From the NCBI GenBank assembly GCA_012728595.1, contig JAAYEU010000034.1, positions 3,328-67,327 on the forward strand: a DNA stretch of 64,000 bases, given 5' to 3'. Shown in pieces: positions 51,382 to 60,864 of this stretch. The translations under genes were made by a program, and so were the position numbers. Every line of letters begins with the position of its first letter. Position 1 is the stretch's first letter. The notes below the pieces were generated by a model. That model had not been told where the DNA came from. It saw nothing but the letters and a program-made list of their open reading frames with translations, and searched no databases. This DNA comes from Tissierellia bacterium (lineage in GTDB: Bacteria > Bacillota > Clostridia > Tissierellales > Tepidimicrobiaceae).

Positions 51382-51410
51382 TTGTATTTTACACTTAGCT
51401 ATGCTATAAT
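51382..51410 (+). promoter_or_regulatory. Sigma-A promoter for rplS
   Basis: TTGTAT (51382-51387), 17 nt, TGc-TATAAT (51405-51410). Confidence 0.6.
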
Positions 51411-51488
51411 ACAGAGCGTATGGAATTAAGGATGGTCCTCTGCCATTTCGGATGGTAAGAACATCTGGGGAGAAGGGAGGTTGCAACA
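51411..51488 (+). promoter_or_regulatory. rplS 5' leader, possible L19-leader autoregulatory element
   Basis: About 78-nt leader containing the ccat-ttcgg-atgg hairpin ahead of the GGGAGG RBS. An L19 leader motif is described upstream of rplS in low-GC Gram-positives. I cannot verify a consensus match by eye. Confidence 0.3.
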
Positions 51489-51836
51489 ATGGACATTATT
51501 AGACTTATAGAAGATGAGCAAAAAAGGGACGATATACCTGATTTTAACGCAGGTGACACTGTTCAAGTTCATTATAAAGTTAAGGAAGGTACTCGAGAAA
51601 GAATTCAAATATTTGAAGGTACTGTTATTAAGAGACAAGGTGGAGGAATTAGAGAAACTTTTACTGTAAGACGACTATCTTATGGAGTTGGTGTTGAAAG
51701 GACTTTCCCTCTACATTCTCCAAGAATTGATAAAATTGTAGTTACTAGAAGAGGTAGAGTAAGAAGAGCTAAACTTTACTACCTAAGAGAAAGACAAGGT
51801 AAGGCAGCTAGAGTTAAAGAAAAGAGAGACTATTAA
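51489..51836 (+). CDS. rplS: 50S ribosomal protein L19
   Basis: 115 aa. [33 protein letters not shown]. Confidence 0.96.
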   Translation: MDIIRLIEDEQKRDDIPDFNAGDTVQVHYKVKEGTRERIQIFEGTVIKRQGGGIRETFTVRRLSYGVGVERTFPLHSPRIDKIVVTRRGRVRRAKLYYLRERQGKAARVKEKRDY

Positions 51837-51840
51837 TGTA

Positions 51841-51870
51841 TTGGGACTAATTTAGTCCCAATTTTATTTT
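51841..51870 (+). terminator. Rho-independent terminator after rplS
   Basis: ttgggacta(51841-51849)-att-tagtcccaa(51853-51861), followed by ttttatttt. Confidence 0.8.
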
Positions 51871-51886
51871 AAAAGTAGGTGAAAGT

Positions 51887-52735
51887 ATGAATATTAATTG
51901 GTATCCAGGACATATGAAAAAGACTAGAGAATCTATTAAAAAAAACCTATCCTTAGTCGACATAGTTTATGAGCTCATAGATGCAAGAATACCTTTTAGT
52001 AGTCAAAACCCAGTTATAGATGAAATTTTAGGCAATAAACCTCGTTTGATAATCTTAAACAAATCTGATTTAGCAGATGATGAAGCTAATAATAGCTGGA
52101 AGGATTATTTTAATAGTAAAGGAATAACTTGTGTTTTAGTAGATTGTATAAGAAATAAGGGATTGGATGAAGTAGTTAATTTAACCTATATTTTAACGGA
52201 AGATAAGAGGAAAAGTCTTGCTAAAAAAGGCATTAAAAATAGGCCCGTTAGAGCTATGATCGTGGGAATACCCAATGTGGGTAAGTCTACTCTGATTAAC
52301 AGCCTGTCTGGAAGAAAGGGTGCAAAAGTAGGGAATAAACCAGGTGTAACAAAGGGTAATCAATGGATTAGAATTAGGAAGGATTTGGAGTTATTAGATA
52401 CACCCGGCATCCTTTGGCCCAAATTTGAAGATAAGGAGGTAGGCTTAAATCTAGCCTTTACTGGCGCAATTAAGGATGAATTGCTAGATATAGAATCATT
52501 AGCAGTAAAGCTAATAGAAAGGCTTAATAGAATATCCAAATCCTATTTAGAGGATAGGTATAATATTGCTGTTGAAAATAAGACTGGATATGAGCTACTC
52601 TTAGAAATTGGACAAAAAAGGGGCTGCATCATCAGGGGTGGAGAAGTGGATACGGAAAAGGCTAGCAATATAGTATTAGATGAGTTTAGAAAAGGGATAA
52701 TTGGAAGAATTACTTTAGAACTTCCTAGTTTATAG
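51887..52735 (+). CDS. rbgA: Ribosome biogenesis GTPase A (RbgA/YlqF)
   Basis: 282 aa. Circularly permuted G motifs (NKSDL ... GIPNVGKSTLIN ... DTPG). Confidence 0.93.
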   Translation: MNINWYPGHMKKTRESIKKNLSLVDIVYELIDARIPFSSQNPVIDEILGNKPRLIILNKSDLADDEANNSWKDYFNSKGITCVLVDCIRNKGLDEVVNLTYILTEDKRKSLAKKGIKNRPVRAMIVGIPNVGKSTLINSLSGRKGAKVGNKPGVTKGNQWIRIRKDLELLDTPGILWPKFEDKEVGLNLAFTGAIKDELLDIESLAVKLIERLNRISKSYLEDRYNIAVENKTGYELLLEIGQKRGCIIRGGEVDTEKASNIVLDEFRKGIIGRITLELPSL

Positions 52736-52750
52736 CTTGGAGGATGGATT

Positions 52751-53359
52751 ATGCTGGAAATAGAAAGAAAAATACAAGACAAAGGTTATGAACTAATCGC
52801 ATGCATAGATGAAGTAGGTAGAGGCTGTTTAGCTGGTGATGTAGTAGCTTGTGCAATTATTATGCCTAAGGATGTTGTGATTGAAGGAGCAACCGATTCT
52901 AAGAAGTTAAGCGCTAAGAAGAGGCAGAAATTATATGATCAAATAGTTGAAAAGGCTGTTGCCATAGGGATAGGCCAGGTTGAGCCTAAAATCATAGATA
53001 AAATTAATATTAAAGAAAGTACCAAACTAGCGATGAAATACGCTATACTCAATTTAAAAGATAAAGCTGGGAACAAGGTATTGCCAGACTATATATTAGT
53101 GGATGCCGAATCCATTCCAATAGATATTCCCCAAATGAATTTAGTGAAGGGGGATATGAAAAGCCACGGTATAGCCTGTGCTTCAATTGTGGCAAAAGTA
53201 TATAGGGATAGATTATGTGATGAATGGGGTAATATCTATAAAGGCTATAAGTTAGAAAAAAATAAGGGATATGGAACAAAGGAACATATTGAAGCCATAA
53301 AAAAGCTTGGGCCTTCTCCTATACATAGGATGAGTTTTTTAAAGAAAATTATAGGATAG
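52751..53359 (+). CDS. rnhB: Ribonuclease HII
   Basis: 202 aa. IDEVGRGCLAGDVV and DSKKLS motifs. Confidence 0.94.
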   Translation: MLEIERKIQDKGYELIACIDEVGRGCLAGDVVACAIIMPKDVVIEGATDSKKLSAKKRQKLYDQIVEKAVAIGIGQVEPKIIDKINIKESTKLAMKYAILNLKDKAGNKVLPDYILVDAESIPIDIPQMNLVKGDMKSHGIACASIVAKVYRDRLCDEWGNIYKGYKLEKNKGYGTKEHIEAIKKLGPSPIHRMSFLKKIIG

Positions 53360-53372
53360 GTGGAGAGGTATA

Positions 53373-54761
53373 ATGAAAATACCAGATTCTATAGCTTTAA
53401 GAAATATACTTCATTTAATGGGCAAGGATATATTTAAGAAGGGAGACATGATTAGGGGTGAAGTTTTAGAAGTAGATGAGGACTTAGTTTTAATCCATAT
53501 AAAGGATTTAGGTGTAATAAAGGCTACATCTGAAGTGCCTTTAAAAGAGCAGGAGGGAAAGGTACTCAGTTTTTTAATTAAGGATTTCCAACTAGATAAC
53601 ATTCAGCTAAAGCCTGTATTATCAAACATGTCCACAGATAGTCCTTCCCATATAACAGCCGTTGACGAAAAGGATTTAACTGAAGTTTTGAAGGTTTTCG
53701 GTATTAAGCCCAGCACTTCATCTATAAGCTTTTTAAAGGACATGATAAGCTTTAACATTCCCATTACCAAGGATAATATTATGAAAGGATTTTGGCTATT
53801 AGATAAATTAGAGCAATTGACAAGTTTAAAAGAAGACTTAATACCAGTTTTAGTAAGCCCTAAGGAAAACATACTAGATATTGCCAATGAAGATATTAGG
53901 AATTTTATCCTACTAGAAAGTTCTGAGCTATTAGACAATAGTCAAGTATTGGTAAATATTGAGGAAGCTAACAAAGCTATATTTAATGATCTTACTACAG
54001 AAATTAAGGAACTGGTAACAAATTTCCCAAACTTTAAGCCCGATAATCTATTACAGAAGACCGTCATATTTTTTATCAAATACCATATTAAACCCAGCTT
54101 AAAAAACATAAAATATTTTTTAGAATTAGAATACGACCCTGCTTCTTTTTCAAAAGATTTTGAAATCTTGGAAGAGTTTAATGAATATAAGTTTACAAAT
54201 TTCATAAAAAGGTTTATCATTGATAATGATGACACAAATATGGAGAAAAGCAATATCAAATATGTCCATATGTTAAATAGGACAGTAAACTTTTTACAAA
54301 AGTTAAATCTTCATGATGAGGATTCAAAGGGAAAAATTAAAGAATTAATTGATAAATGTACTTTTTTAAAGGAGATGAATAGGGAACTAGTATTTGCCCA
54401 TATACCCTTAAATATGGAAAATGACTACCAGGATATAATTATTAGCTTTTTAAAGAAAAGAAAAAAGGAAGCAGGGAATAAGAATAATCTCAATATATTC
54501 ATCAATTTGAATACTAAAAATTTAGGTAATGTTAGAATTTCATGTTTGGTATTGGAAAATTATTTAGATATAAAATTTAGTGGTCTAGATAAAGACGACA
54601 TAAGTCTATTTAAAGCCAAGGAAGAGTTCTTAAGGTATTTAGTTGAAAGTACAGGTTACAAAATAAGAACTGTCGAATATTTGATAGATAATTTCCCTGC
54701 AATTCTAGGCCTTTTAGAAGTAAATACCAATAAAATATTAAATTTAGATATAAAGGTGTAA
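53373..54761 (+). CDS. ylqG: YlqG-like protein with FliK (hook-length control) type C-terminal domain
   Basis: 462 aa. The C-terminal INLNTKNLGNVRISCLVLENYLDIKFSGLDKDDISLFKAKEEFLRYLVESTGYKI follows the Flg_hook pattern (LGxVxI...LxIxF...L......L...L...G). Position equals B. subtilis ylqG. Confidence 0.6.
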   Translation: MKIPDSIALRNILHLMGKDIFKKGDMIRGEVLEVDEDLVLIHIKDLGVIKATSEVPLKEQEGKVLSFLIKDFQLDNIQLKPVLSNMSTDSPSHITAVDEKDLTEVLKVFGIKPSTSSISFLKDMISFNIPITKDNIMKGFWLLDKLEQLTSLKEDLIPVLVSPKENILDIANEDIRNFILLESSELLDNSQVLVNIEEANKAIFNDLTTEIKELVTNFPNFKPDNLLQKTVIFFIKYHIKPSLKNIKYFLELEYDPASFSKDFEILEEFNEYKFTNFIKRFIIDNDDTNMEKSNIKYVHMLNRTVNFLQKLNLHDEDSKGKIKELIDKCTFLKEMNRELVFAHIPLNMENDYQDIIISFLKKRKKEAGNKNNLNIFINLNTKNLGNVRISCLVLENYLDIKFSGLDKDDISLFKAKEEFLRYLVESTGYKIRTVEYLIDNFPAILGLLEVNTNKILNLDIKV

Positions 54762-54763
54762 GT

Positions 54764-55057
54764 ATGAATAGGAAAAATAAAAAAGACAAGAAAAATAAAA
54801 AAGCAGTTGCTTTATCCTACAAAGAAGAATATGATGCACCTAGGGTAATAGCAAAGGGAAAAGGACTGATGGCTGAAAAAATTCTTGAAATTGGTAAGAA
54901 GGAAGATGTAGAGATCTATAGAGATGAAGAATTGGTGGAACAGCTTATAGACCTAGAACTTTTCGCTGAAATTCCACCCCATTTATACGAGGCTGTTGCA
55001 AAAGTCATATTTTTTGTCTATCAATTGGATAGTGAAAAGGTGAGGAAAGATGAATAA
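54764..55057 (+). CDS. ylqH: FlhB C-terminal-domain-like protein YlqH (EscU/YscU/FlhB switch-domain fragment, no TM)
   Basis: 97 aa. After a Lys-rich tail it reads AVALSYKEEYDAPRVIAKGKGLMAEKI...IPPHLYEAVAKVIFFVYQL. This is the sequence that follows the NPTH autocleavage site in FlhB. Confidence 0.85.
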   Translation: MNRKNKKDKKNKKAVALSYKEEYDAPRVIAKGKGLMAEKILEIGKKEDVEIYRDEELVEQLIDLELFAEIPPHLYEAVAKVIFFVYQLDSEKVRKDE

Positions 55058-55397
55058 CATCAAGAAGGGTATTAAAGGCGAGGTTGAGGCTGTTAATTAT
55101 CTAATCTCACAAGGATATAGAATAATGGATAGGAATTACAGAACAAAAGCTGGAGAAATAGATATAGTAGCTACTAAATCCAATATATTAGTTTTCGTTG
55201 AGGTTAAGGCTAGAACCACTACAAGATATGGATATCCTCATGAAGCTGTAAATAGGAGAAAACAAATGAAAATTTATAAATCATCATTAATCTATATTCA
55301 GCATAAGGGATTCTCAGATTATCAAATAAGATACGACATAATAGAAGTTTTATTGAATGGGAATACAAGAATTAACCATATAAAGAATGCTTTTTGA
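55050..55397 (+). CDS. yraN: YraN family (UPF0102) endonuclease-like protein
   Basis: 115 aa. GEIDIVA...VFVEVKAR (PD-(D/E)xK-like). Confidence 0.88.
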   Translation: MNNIKKGIKGEVEAVNYLISQGYRIMDRNYRTKAGEIDIVATKSNILVFVEVKARTTTRYGYPHEAVNRRKQMKIYKSSLIYIQHKGFSDYQIRYDIIEVLLNGNTRINHIKNAF

Positions 55398-55469
55398 AGA
55401 TAAATGTTGGAAAATAGCTTATTTTAACTATTACCCAGGGAATAATTAACATAATCTAAGGGGGTTAAA

Positions 55470-56999
55470 ATGTATTCAAAACTTAATACCTGTATATTAC
55501 ACGGTTTAGATGGCCACATAATAGAAGTTGAAACGGATCTATCCAGAGGGATGCCCGTTTTTAATATAGTGGGTTTGCCAGATACTTCTATTAAGGAGTC
55601 GAAAGAAAGGGTAAGAACAGCCATAAAAAACAGTGGATATGAATTTCCTCTATCCAGGATTACTGTAAACCTAGCACCTGCCAACTTAAGAAAGGAAGGC
55701 TCTCAATTGGATTTGGCCATTGCTTTGGGAATTCTCCAAGCTATGGGGATTGTAGAAGAATTTAATAATAAGGATATTGCCTTTATTGGCGAACTATCCT
55801 TAGATGGACGACTAAATCCTGTTGAAGGTGTATTACCAATGGTTATAGCCATGAGGAATTTAAATATTAATAGATGCCTTTTACCCTATGACAATAGAGA
55901 TGAGGCGGCAGTTATAGAGGATATGGAGATAATACCTGCAAAAAATTTAAACCAAGTAGTCAACTATCTTAATGGAGAAGAGGAAATTTCACCCTATAAA
56001 ACCAATATTTCTTTTAATGATGAAGACGATATCGAATTTGATGTGGATTTTAGCGATATTATGGGCCAAGAAACCCTTAAAAGGGCCTTAGAGGTGGCTG
56101 CAGCAGGAAGCCATAACATATTAATACTGGGACCTCCTGGGGCAGGGAAGACCATGGCAGCTCGTAGACTGCCAACTATACTTCCCAAACTCTCCTTTGA
56201 GGAGGCTATAGAGGTTACCAAAATATATAGCATAGCAGGGCTTTTACAATCAAAGGCTTTGATTAAAAACAGGCCTTTTAGAGCACCCCATCATACCGCT
56301 TCTGCAGTTTCACTTATAGGAGGAGGCAGAATTCCTAAGCCTGGAGAAGTTTCTTTAGCCCATCACGGCGTTCTTTTTTTAGATGAGATATTAGAGTTCA
56401 GAAAGGAAGCCTTGGAAGTCCTAAGGCAACCAATGGAAGATGAAGTAGTAACCATATCTAGGGCAAATGCTACTCTTTCCTATCCATCAAAGTTTATGTT
56501 AGTAGCCAGTATGAATCCATGTCCGTGTGGTTATTATGGAGATCCCTTCCATGAATGTACATGTTCACAAAGCAGCATAGAAAGATATTTGGGAAAACTT
56601 AGCAATCCTTTACTAGATAGGATAGATATACATATAGAAGTTTCTCCAGTAGCTTATAATGAATTAAGGGAAGAAAAAAATGTTCAATCCTCTAAGGACA
56701 TTAGAGCTAGGGTTGAAAAGGCTAGAGAAATCCAATTGGATAGATATAAGAACAAGAAAATTTATAGCAACTCTCAATTAAGGCCAAAGGATATCAAAAA
56801 ATACTGTAAATTAAGTGAAAACGCTGAAACATTATTAAGAACTGCCTTTAAAAAGTATAGGTTTAGCGCTAGGACTTATGATAAGATTCTGAAAGTTAGT
56901 AGAACTATTGCAGATTTAGATAATGAAGAAGTGATACTAGAAAAGCATGTATTAGAAGCCATAAGATACAGAAGCTTGGACAATAAGTATTGGGGGTAA
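55470..56999 (+). CDS. comM: YifB/ComM family Mg-chelatase-like AAA+ ATPase
   Basis: 509 aa. Lon-like N-domain, GPPGAGKTM Walker A, VLFLDE Walker B, Cys motif CPCGYYG...C.C. Confidence 0.92.
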   Translation: MYSKLNTCILHGLDGHIIEVETDLSRGMPVFNIVGLPDTSIKESKERVRTAIKNSGYEFPLSRITVNLAPANLRKEGSQLDLAIALGILQAMGIVEEFNNKDIAFIGELSLDGRLNPVEGVLPMVIAMRNLNINRCLLPYDNRDEAAVIEDMEIIPAKNLNQVVNYLNGEEEISPYKTNISFNDEDDIEFDVDFSDIMGQETLKRALEVAAAGSHNILILGPPGAGKTMAARRLPTILPKLSFEEAIEVTKIYSIAGLLQSKALIKNRPFRAPHHTASAVSLIGGGRIPKPGEVSLAHHGVLFLDEILEFRKEALEVLRQPMEDEVVTISRANATLSYPSKFMLVASMNPCPCGYYGDPFHECTCSQSSIERYLGKLSNPLLDRIDIHIEVSPVAYNELREEKNVQSSKDIRARVEKAREIQLDRYKNKKIYSNSQLRPKDIKKYCKLSENAETLLRTAFKKYRFSARTYDKILKVSRTIADLDNEEVILEKHVLEAIRYRSLDNKYWG

Positions 57000-58106
57000 T
57001 TGGCTATGGCTGAAATTACTAACAGAAATGTTTTAATTTGGCTAAGTAGCTTAAATTTGACTAATAAGATAATCGGTAATATAATAAATCAGGTGCCTCA
57101 ATTAGCAGAACTATGGTACTGGCCAACTAAGGATATTTATAGCTTAAAGAATATAAAAACTGAAATAAAGGATAAATTAATTCAATATAGGAATGATGAT
57201 TATTATAAACGGTTATTTGAACTCTTAGAAAAGCATAATATAGATACAATCACCATATATGATAAGGATTACCCAGACAACTTATATTATATTTATGATA
57301 GCCCAAAAGTATTATATAAAAAAGGGAATTTAATAGAAGATGACAATTTAGCCATAGCCATAGTAGGTTCAAGGAAGGCCACATCCTATGGCAAGTGGGC
57401 AACAGAAAAGTTTGTAGAGGAATTAGTTGATTTAGGCGTAACCATTATAAGCGGTTTAGCTTTGGGCATAGATTCAATTGCTCATAGGAAGGCTTTAGAA
57501 AACAATGGTAGAACCATAGCTATACTTGGGAATGGATTAGATATAGTATATCCAAAGAGGAATAGGGACCTGTATGAAAAAATCCCCAATAATGGGGCTA
57601 TAATTTCTGAATTCTTTTTAGGAACCCAACCCTTACCCTATAATTTTCCTCAACGTAATAGGATAATCAGTGGCTTGTCATTAGGAGTAATAGTAATAGA
57701 AGCTAAGGAAAAGAGTGGTTCATTAATAACAGCTCATCATGCTTTAGAACAAGGCAAGGAAGTATTTGCTTTACCTGGTAATATCAATAGTATTTTTAGC
57801 AGAGGAACTAATAAGTTGATTAAAGATGGTGCAAAGTTAATAATGGATGTTGATGATATAATTGAAGAGATACATGAATTACAGGATAAAGTGAAAAAAA
57901 GGGATGAAGTTGGATTGGATTGTTCCCAATTCAGTCCTTCTGAAATAAAGGTATTGGAAGCTTTAAAAGAAGGACCTATCCATACTGATAAGATTGTAAT
58001 AAGTACTGGTATTGACATTTCTACTGTAAATAGCATTTTAACGATTCTAGAGTTAAAAGGGGTAATTAAAAATATTGGGGGTAGTATATTTACCTTGTCC
58101 AGCTAG
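57000..58106 (+). CDS. dprA: DNA processing protein DprA
   Basis: 368 aa. Rossmann-like core with GLALGIDSIAHRKAL and C-terminal winged helix. Alternative ATG at 57006. Confidence 0.92.
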   Translation: MAMAEITNRNVLIWLSSLNLTNKIIGNIINQVPQLAELWYWPTKDIYSLKNIKTEIKDKLIQYRNDDYYKRLFELLEKHNIDTITIYDKDYPDNLYYIYDSPKVLYKKGNLIEDDNLAIAIVGSRKATSYGKWATEKFVEELVDLGVTIISGLALGIDSIAHRKALENNGRTIAILGNGLDIVYPKRNRDLYEKIPNNGAIISEFFLGTQPLPYNFPQRNRIISGLSLGVIVIEAKEKSGSLITAHHALEQGKEVFALPGNINSIFSRGTNKLIKDGAKLIMDVDDIIEEIHELQDKVKKRDEVGLDCSQFSPSEIKVLEALKEGPIHTDKIVISTGIDISTVNSILTILELKGVIKNIGGSIFTLSS

Positions 58107-58130
58107 TATATTCATTCGGAGGTGTAATCA

Positions 58131-60215
58131 TTGCAAAAGAATTTAGTTATCGTTGAATCACCTGCAAAAGCAAAAACAATAAGGAAATTTTTAGGGGATA
58201 ATTATAAGGTAAAAGCTTCTGTAGGACATATTCGCGATTTGCCAAAGAGTAGTTTAGGCATAGATATAGAAAACAATTTTCAACCCAAATATATAACCAT
58301 AAGGGGTAAAGGACCAATAGTACAGGAGTTAAAAAGAGAGGCTAAGAAATCCAATAAAATTTTACTTGCCACCGACCCTGATAGGGAAGGAGAGGCCATA
58401 TCCTGGCATTTGGCTCATATTCTAGGCATAGAGGAAGGTGAGCCTGTCAGGGTCGAATTTAATGAAATAACCAAAGATGCAGTCATAAAAGCTGTGGAAA
58501 AGCCTAGACCAATCAATAGGGATTTAGTCGATGCTCAACAGGCAAGAAGGATATTGGACAGATTGGTTGGATACAAAATTAGCCCTCTTTTGTGGAGAAA
58601 GATAAAAAAGGGTTTAAGTGCTGGAAGAGTGCAATCTGTTGCAGTTAAACTTATTTGTGATAGGGAAAAGGAAATTGAAAACTTTGTACCTGAAGAGTAT
58701 TGGAGTATAAAAGCCTTATTGGAAAAAGAAGGTATAGCATTTGAAGCTAATTTTTATGGAATTACTGAAGAAGGGAAGGAAAAGAAGGTAGACCTACCAA
58801 ACAAAGAGGCAGTAGACAATATATTAGCTTCTATAGATAAGAATAATTTTACAATTAAGGAAGTTAAAAAGGGAAAGAAAAAACGAAATCCCTATCCGCC
58901 TTATACTACCAGTACATTACAGCAAGATGCATCTAAGAAATTAGGTTTTAGTACTAGAAAAACCATGATGATAGCCCAACAGCTGTATGAGGGAATCGAC
59001 ATCAAAGGGGAGGGTACCGTTGGATTAATCACCTATATGAGAACCGATTCCACTAGGGTTTCACAGGAAGCTGTAAAAACAACCAAGGATTTTGTAGTAG
59101 GGGAATTCGGAAAAGATTACAGTAACGGAGGCAAAACCTACGTTAATAAGAGTAAAAAGGAAGCTCAAGATGCCCACGAAGGCATAAGACCTACATCGGT
59201 ATTGAGAAGGCCCGAGGCTATTAAAGGCTCCTTAAGCTCAGATCAACTTAAATTGTATCAGTTAATATGGAATAGATTTGTAGCATCTCAAATGAGTCCA
59301 GCCCAATATGAAACTATTTCTGTAAAGATAGTTTCTAATAATATAATATTTAGGGCCTCTGGTTCAAAACTTAAATTCGATGGCTTTTTAAAGGTATATG
59401 AAATAGATAATCAGAAAGATGATGACAAAAATATGCCAAGTCTGCAGGCAGGAGACATAATCAAGGTCAATAAAATTGAACCTAATCAGCATTTTACTCA
59501 ACCTCCTGCTAGATACACCGAAGCATCACTAGTAAAGACCTTAGAAGAGTTAGGCATAGGAAGGCCTAGCACTTATTCGCCCATAATCTCAACCATATTG
59601 AATAGAGAATATGTAAATTTAAACAACAAGTCCTTTGTTCCTACTGAGTTGGGAATATTAGTAAATGACTTATTAGAGGATTATTTCAAAGACATTATCA
59701 ATGAAGAATTCACCAAAGAGCTTGAGGATAAATTAGATGAAATAGCAGAAGGAAAATATCCATGGCAATTGGTAATAGAAGAGTTTTATGACGAATTTGA
59801 AAAAGTTTTAAAAATTGCTGAAGAAGAGATAGACAAAATCGAAATAGAAGATGAGGTAACCGATGAAATTTGTGAAAAATGTGGCAGAAATATGGTAGTT
59901 AAGTATGGCAGGTATGGTAAATTTCTTGCTTGTCCAGGCTACCCGGAGTGTAAGAATACCAAGCCCATATTAGATGAAATAGATGTTAATTGTCCTAATT
60001 GTGGAGGGAAAATTGTTAGGAGAAGGTCTAAGAGGGGAAGGGTTTTTTATGGCTGTAGCAACTATCCTGAATGTAACTTTGTATCCTGGGATGAGCCTAT
60101 TGAAGAAAAGTGTCCGAATTGTAAGGGACCAATGGTTAAAAGGAAAAACAAAAAGGGAATATTAAAGAAGTGTATGAACAAAGAATGTAATTACAGCAGG
60201 ATCGATGAAGAATAA
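58131..60215 (+). CDS. topA: DNA topoisomerase I
   Basis: 694 aa. LVIVESPAKAKTI Toprim start, ITYMRTDS active-site Tyr region, three C-terminal CxxC...CxxC zinc ribbons. Confidence 0.96.
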   Translation: MQKNLVIVESPAKAKTIRKFLGDNYKVKASVGHIRDLPKSSLGIDIENNFQPKYITIRGKGPIVQELKREAKKSNKILLATDPDREGEAISWHLAHILGIEEGEPVRVEFNEITKDAVIKAVEKPRPINRDLVDAQQARRILDRLVGYKISPLLWRKIKKGLSAGRVQSVAVKLICDREKEIENFVPEEYWSIKALLEKEGIAFEANFYGITEEGKEKKVDLPNKEAVDNILASIDKNNFTIKEVKKGKKKRNPYPPYTTSTLQQDASKKLGFSTRKTMMIAQQLYEGIDIKGEGTVGLITYMRTDSTRVSQEAVKTTKDFVVGEFGKDYSNGGKTYVNKSKKEAQDAHEGIRPTSVLRRPEAIKGSLSSDQLKLYQLIWNRFVASQMSPAQYETISVKIVSNNIIFRASGSKLKFDGFLKVYEIDNQKDDDKNMPSLQAGDIIKVNKIEPNQHFTQPPARYTEASLVKTLEELGIGRPSTYSPIISTILNREYVNLNNKSFVPTELGILVNDLLEDYFKDIINEEFTKELEDKLDEIAEGKYPWQLVIEEFYDEFEKVLKIAEEEIDKIEIEDEVTDEICEKCGRNMVVKYGRYGKFLACPGYPECKNTKPILDEIDVNCPNCGGKIVRRRSKRGRVFYGCSNYPECNFVSWDEPIEEKCPNCKGPMVKRKNKKGILKKCMNKECNYSRIDEE

Positions 60216-60320
60216 AAAAGACTGTACTTTTTGTTAATTCTATAGTAATCTATTATATAGATGATGAAATATTCTGAAAACAATCTTCCTAATACTGGAC
60301 TTAATAGCGAGGTGTTAAAT

Positions 60321-60851
60321 ATGATAAGAGGCACAACAATAGTAGCAGTGAAGAAAGATGGACAAATTGCTATGGCAGGAGATGGACAAATAACCTTTGG
60401 AAATACAACTATAATGAAGAATTCAGCAAAAAAGGTTAGGAAAATATACAATAATAATGTTATAATAGGTTTTGCGGGTGCAGTTGCCGATGCTATGACC
60501 TTAGGGGAAATATTGGAGGAAAAACTAGAACAACATAGCGGTAACTTAAGGAGAGCTGCAGTAGAATTAGCTAAGGATTGGCGAAGGGATAAGATGTTAA
60601 GAAAGTTAGAGGCTTTACTCATAGCAGCCGATAAAGAAAATTTACTCTTAGTATCGGGAAATGGTGAAGTAATTGAACCAGAAGAAGGAATAATTGCTAT
60701 AGGTTCTGGTGGTAATTTTGCTTTAGCTTCAGGAAAGGCTCTATTAAAACATTCCAGCTTATCTGCTGAGGAAATAGCCAAAGAATCCATACTAATTGCT
60801 TCTTCCATTTGTGTATATACAAATGACAGTATTACTGTGGAAGTGCTCTAA
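60321..60851 (+). CDS. hslV: ATP-dependent protease subunit HslV (CodW/ClpQ)
   Basis: 176 aa from ATG 60321 (8 nt after GAGGTG). [24 protein letters not shown]-terminal nucleophile region. The ORF track starts at 60261. Confidence 0.92.
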   Translation: MIRGTTIVAVKKDGQIAMAGDGQITFGNTTIMKNSAKKVRKIYNNNVIIGFAGAVADAMTLGEILEEKLEQHSGNLRRAAVELAKDWRRDKMLRKLEALLIAADKENLLLVSGNGEVIEPEEGIIAIGSGGNFALASGKALLKHSSLSAEEIAKESILIASSICVYTNDSITVEVL

Positions 60852-60864
60852 GGAGGAATAAAGC

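Noticed and set aside
60261-60320. N-terminal 20-codon extension of hslV in the ORF track
   Set aside because: HslV needs its catalytic Thr close to the N-terminus (MIRGTT...). ATG 60321 has a proper GAGGTG RBS, while ATG 60261 does not.
60191-60808. 205-aa ORF on the minus strand
   Set aside because: It lies entirely antisense to the well-conserved hslV gene and the topA 3' end. It has Ser/Leu/Ile/Phe-rich low-complexity composition typical of the reverse frame of Glu/Lys-rich AT-rich genes. It has no RBS.
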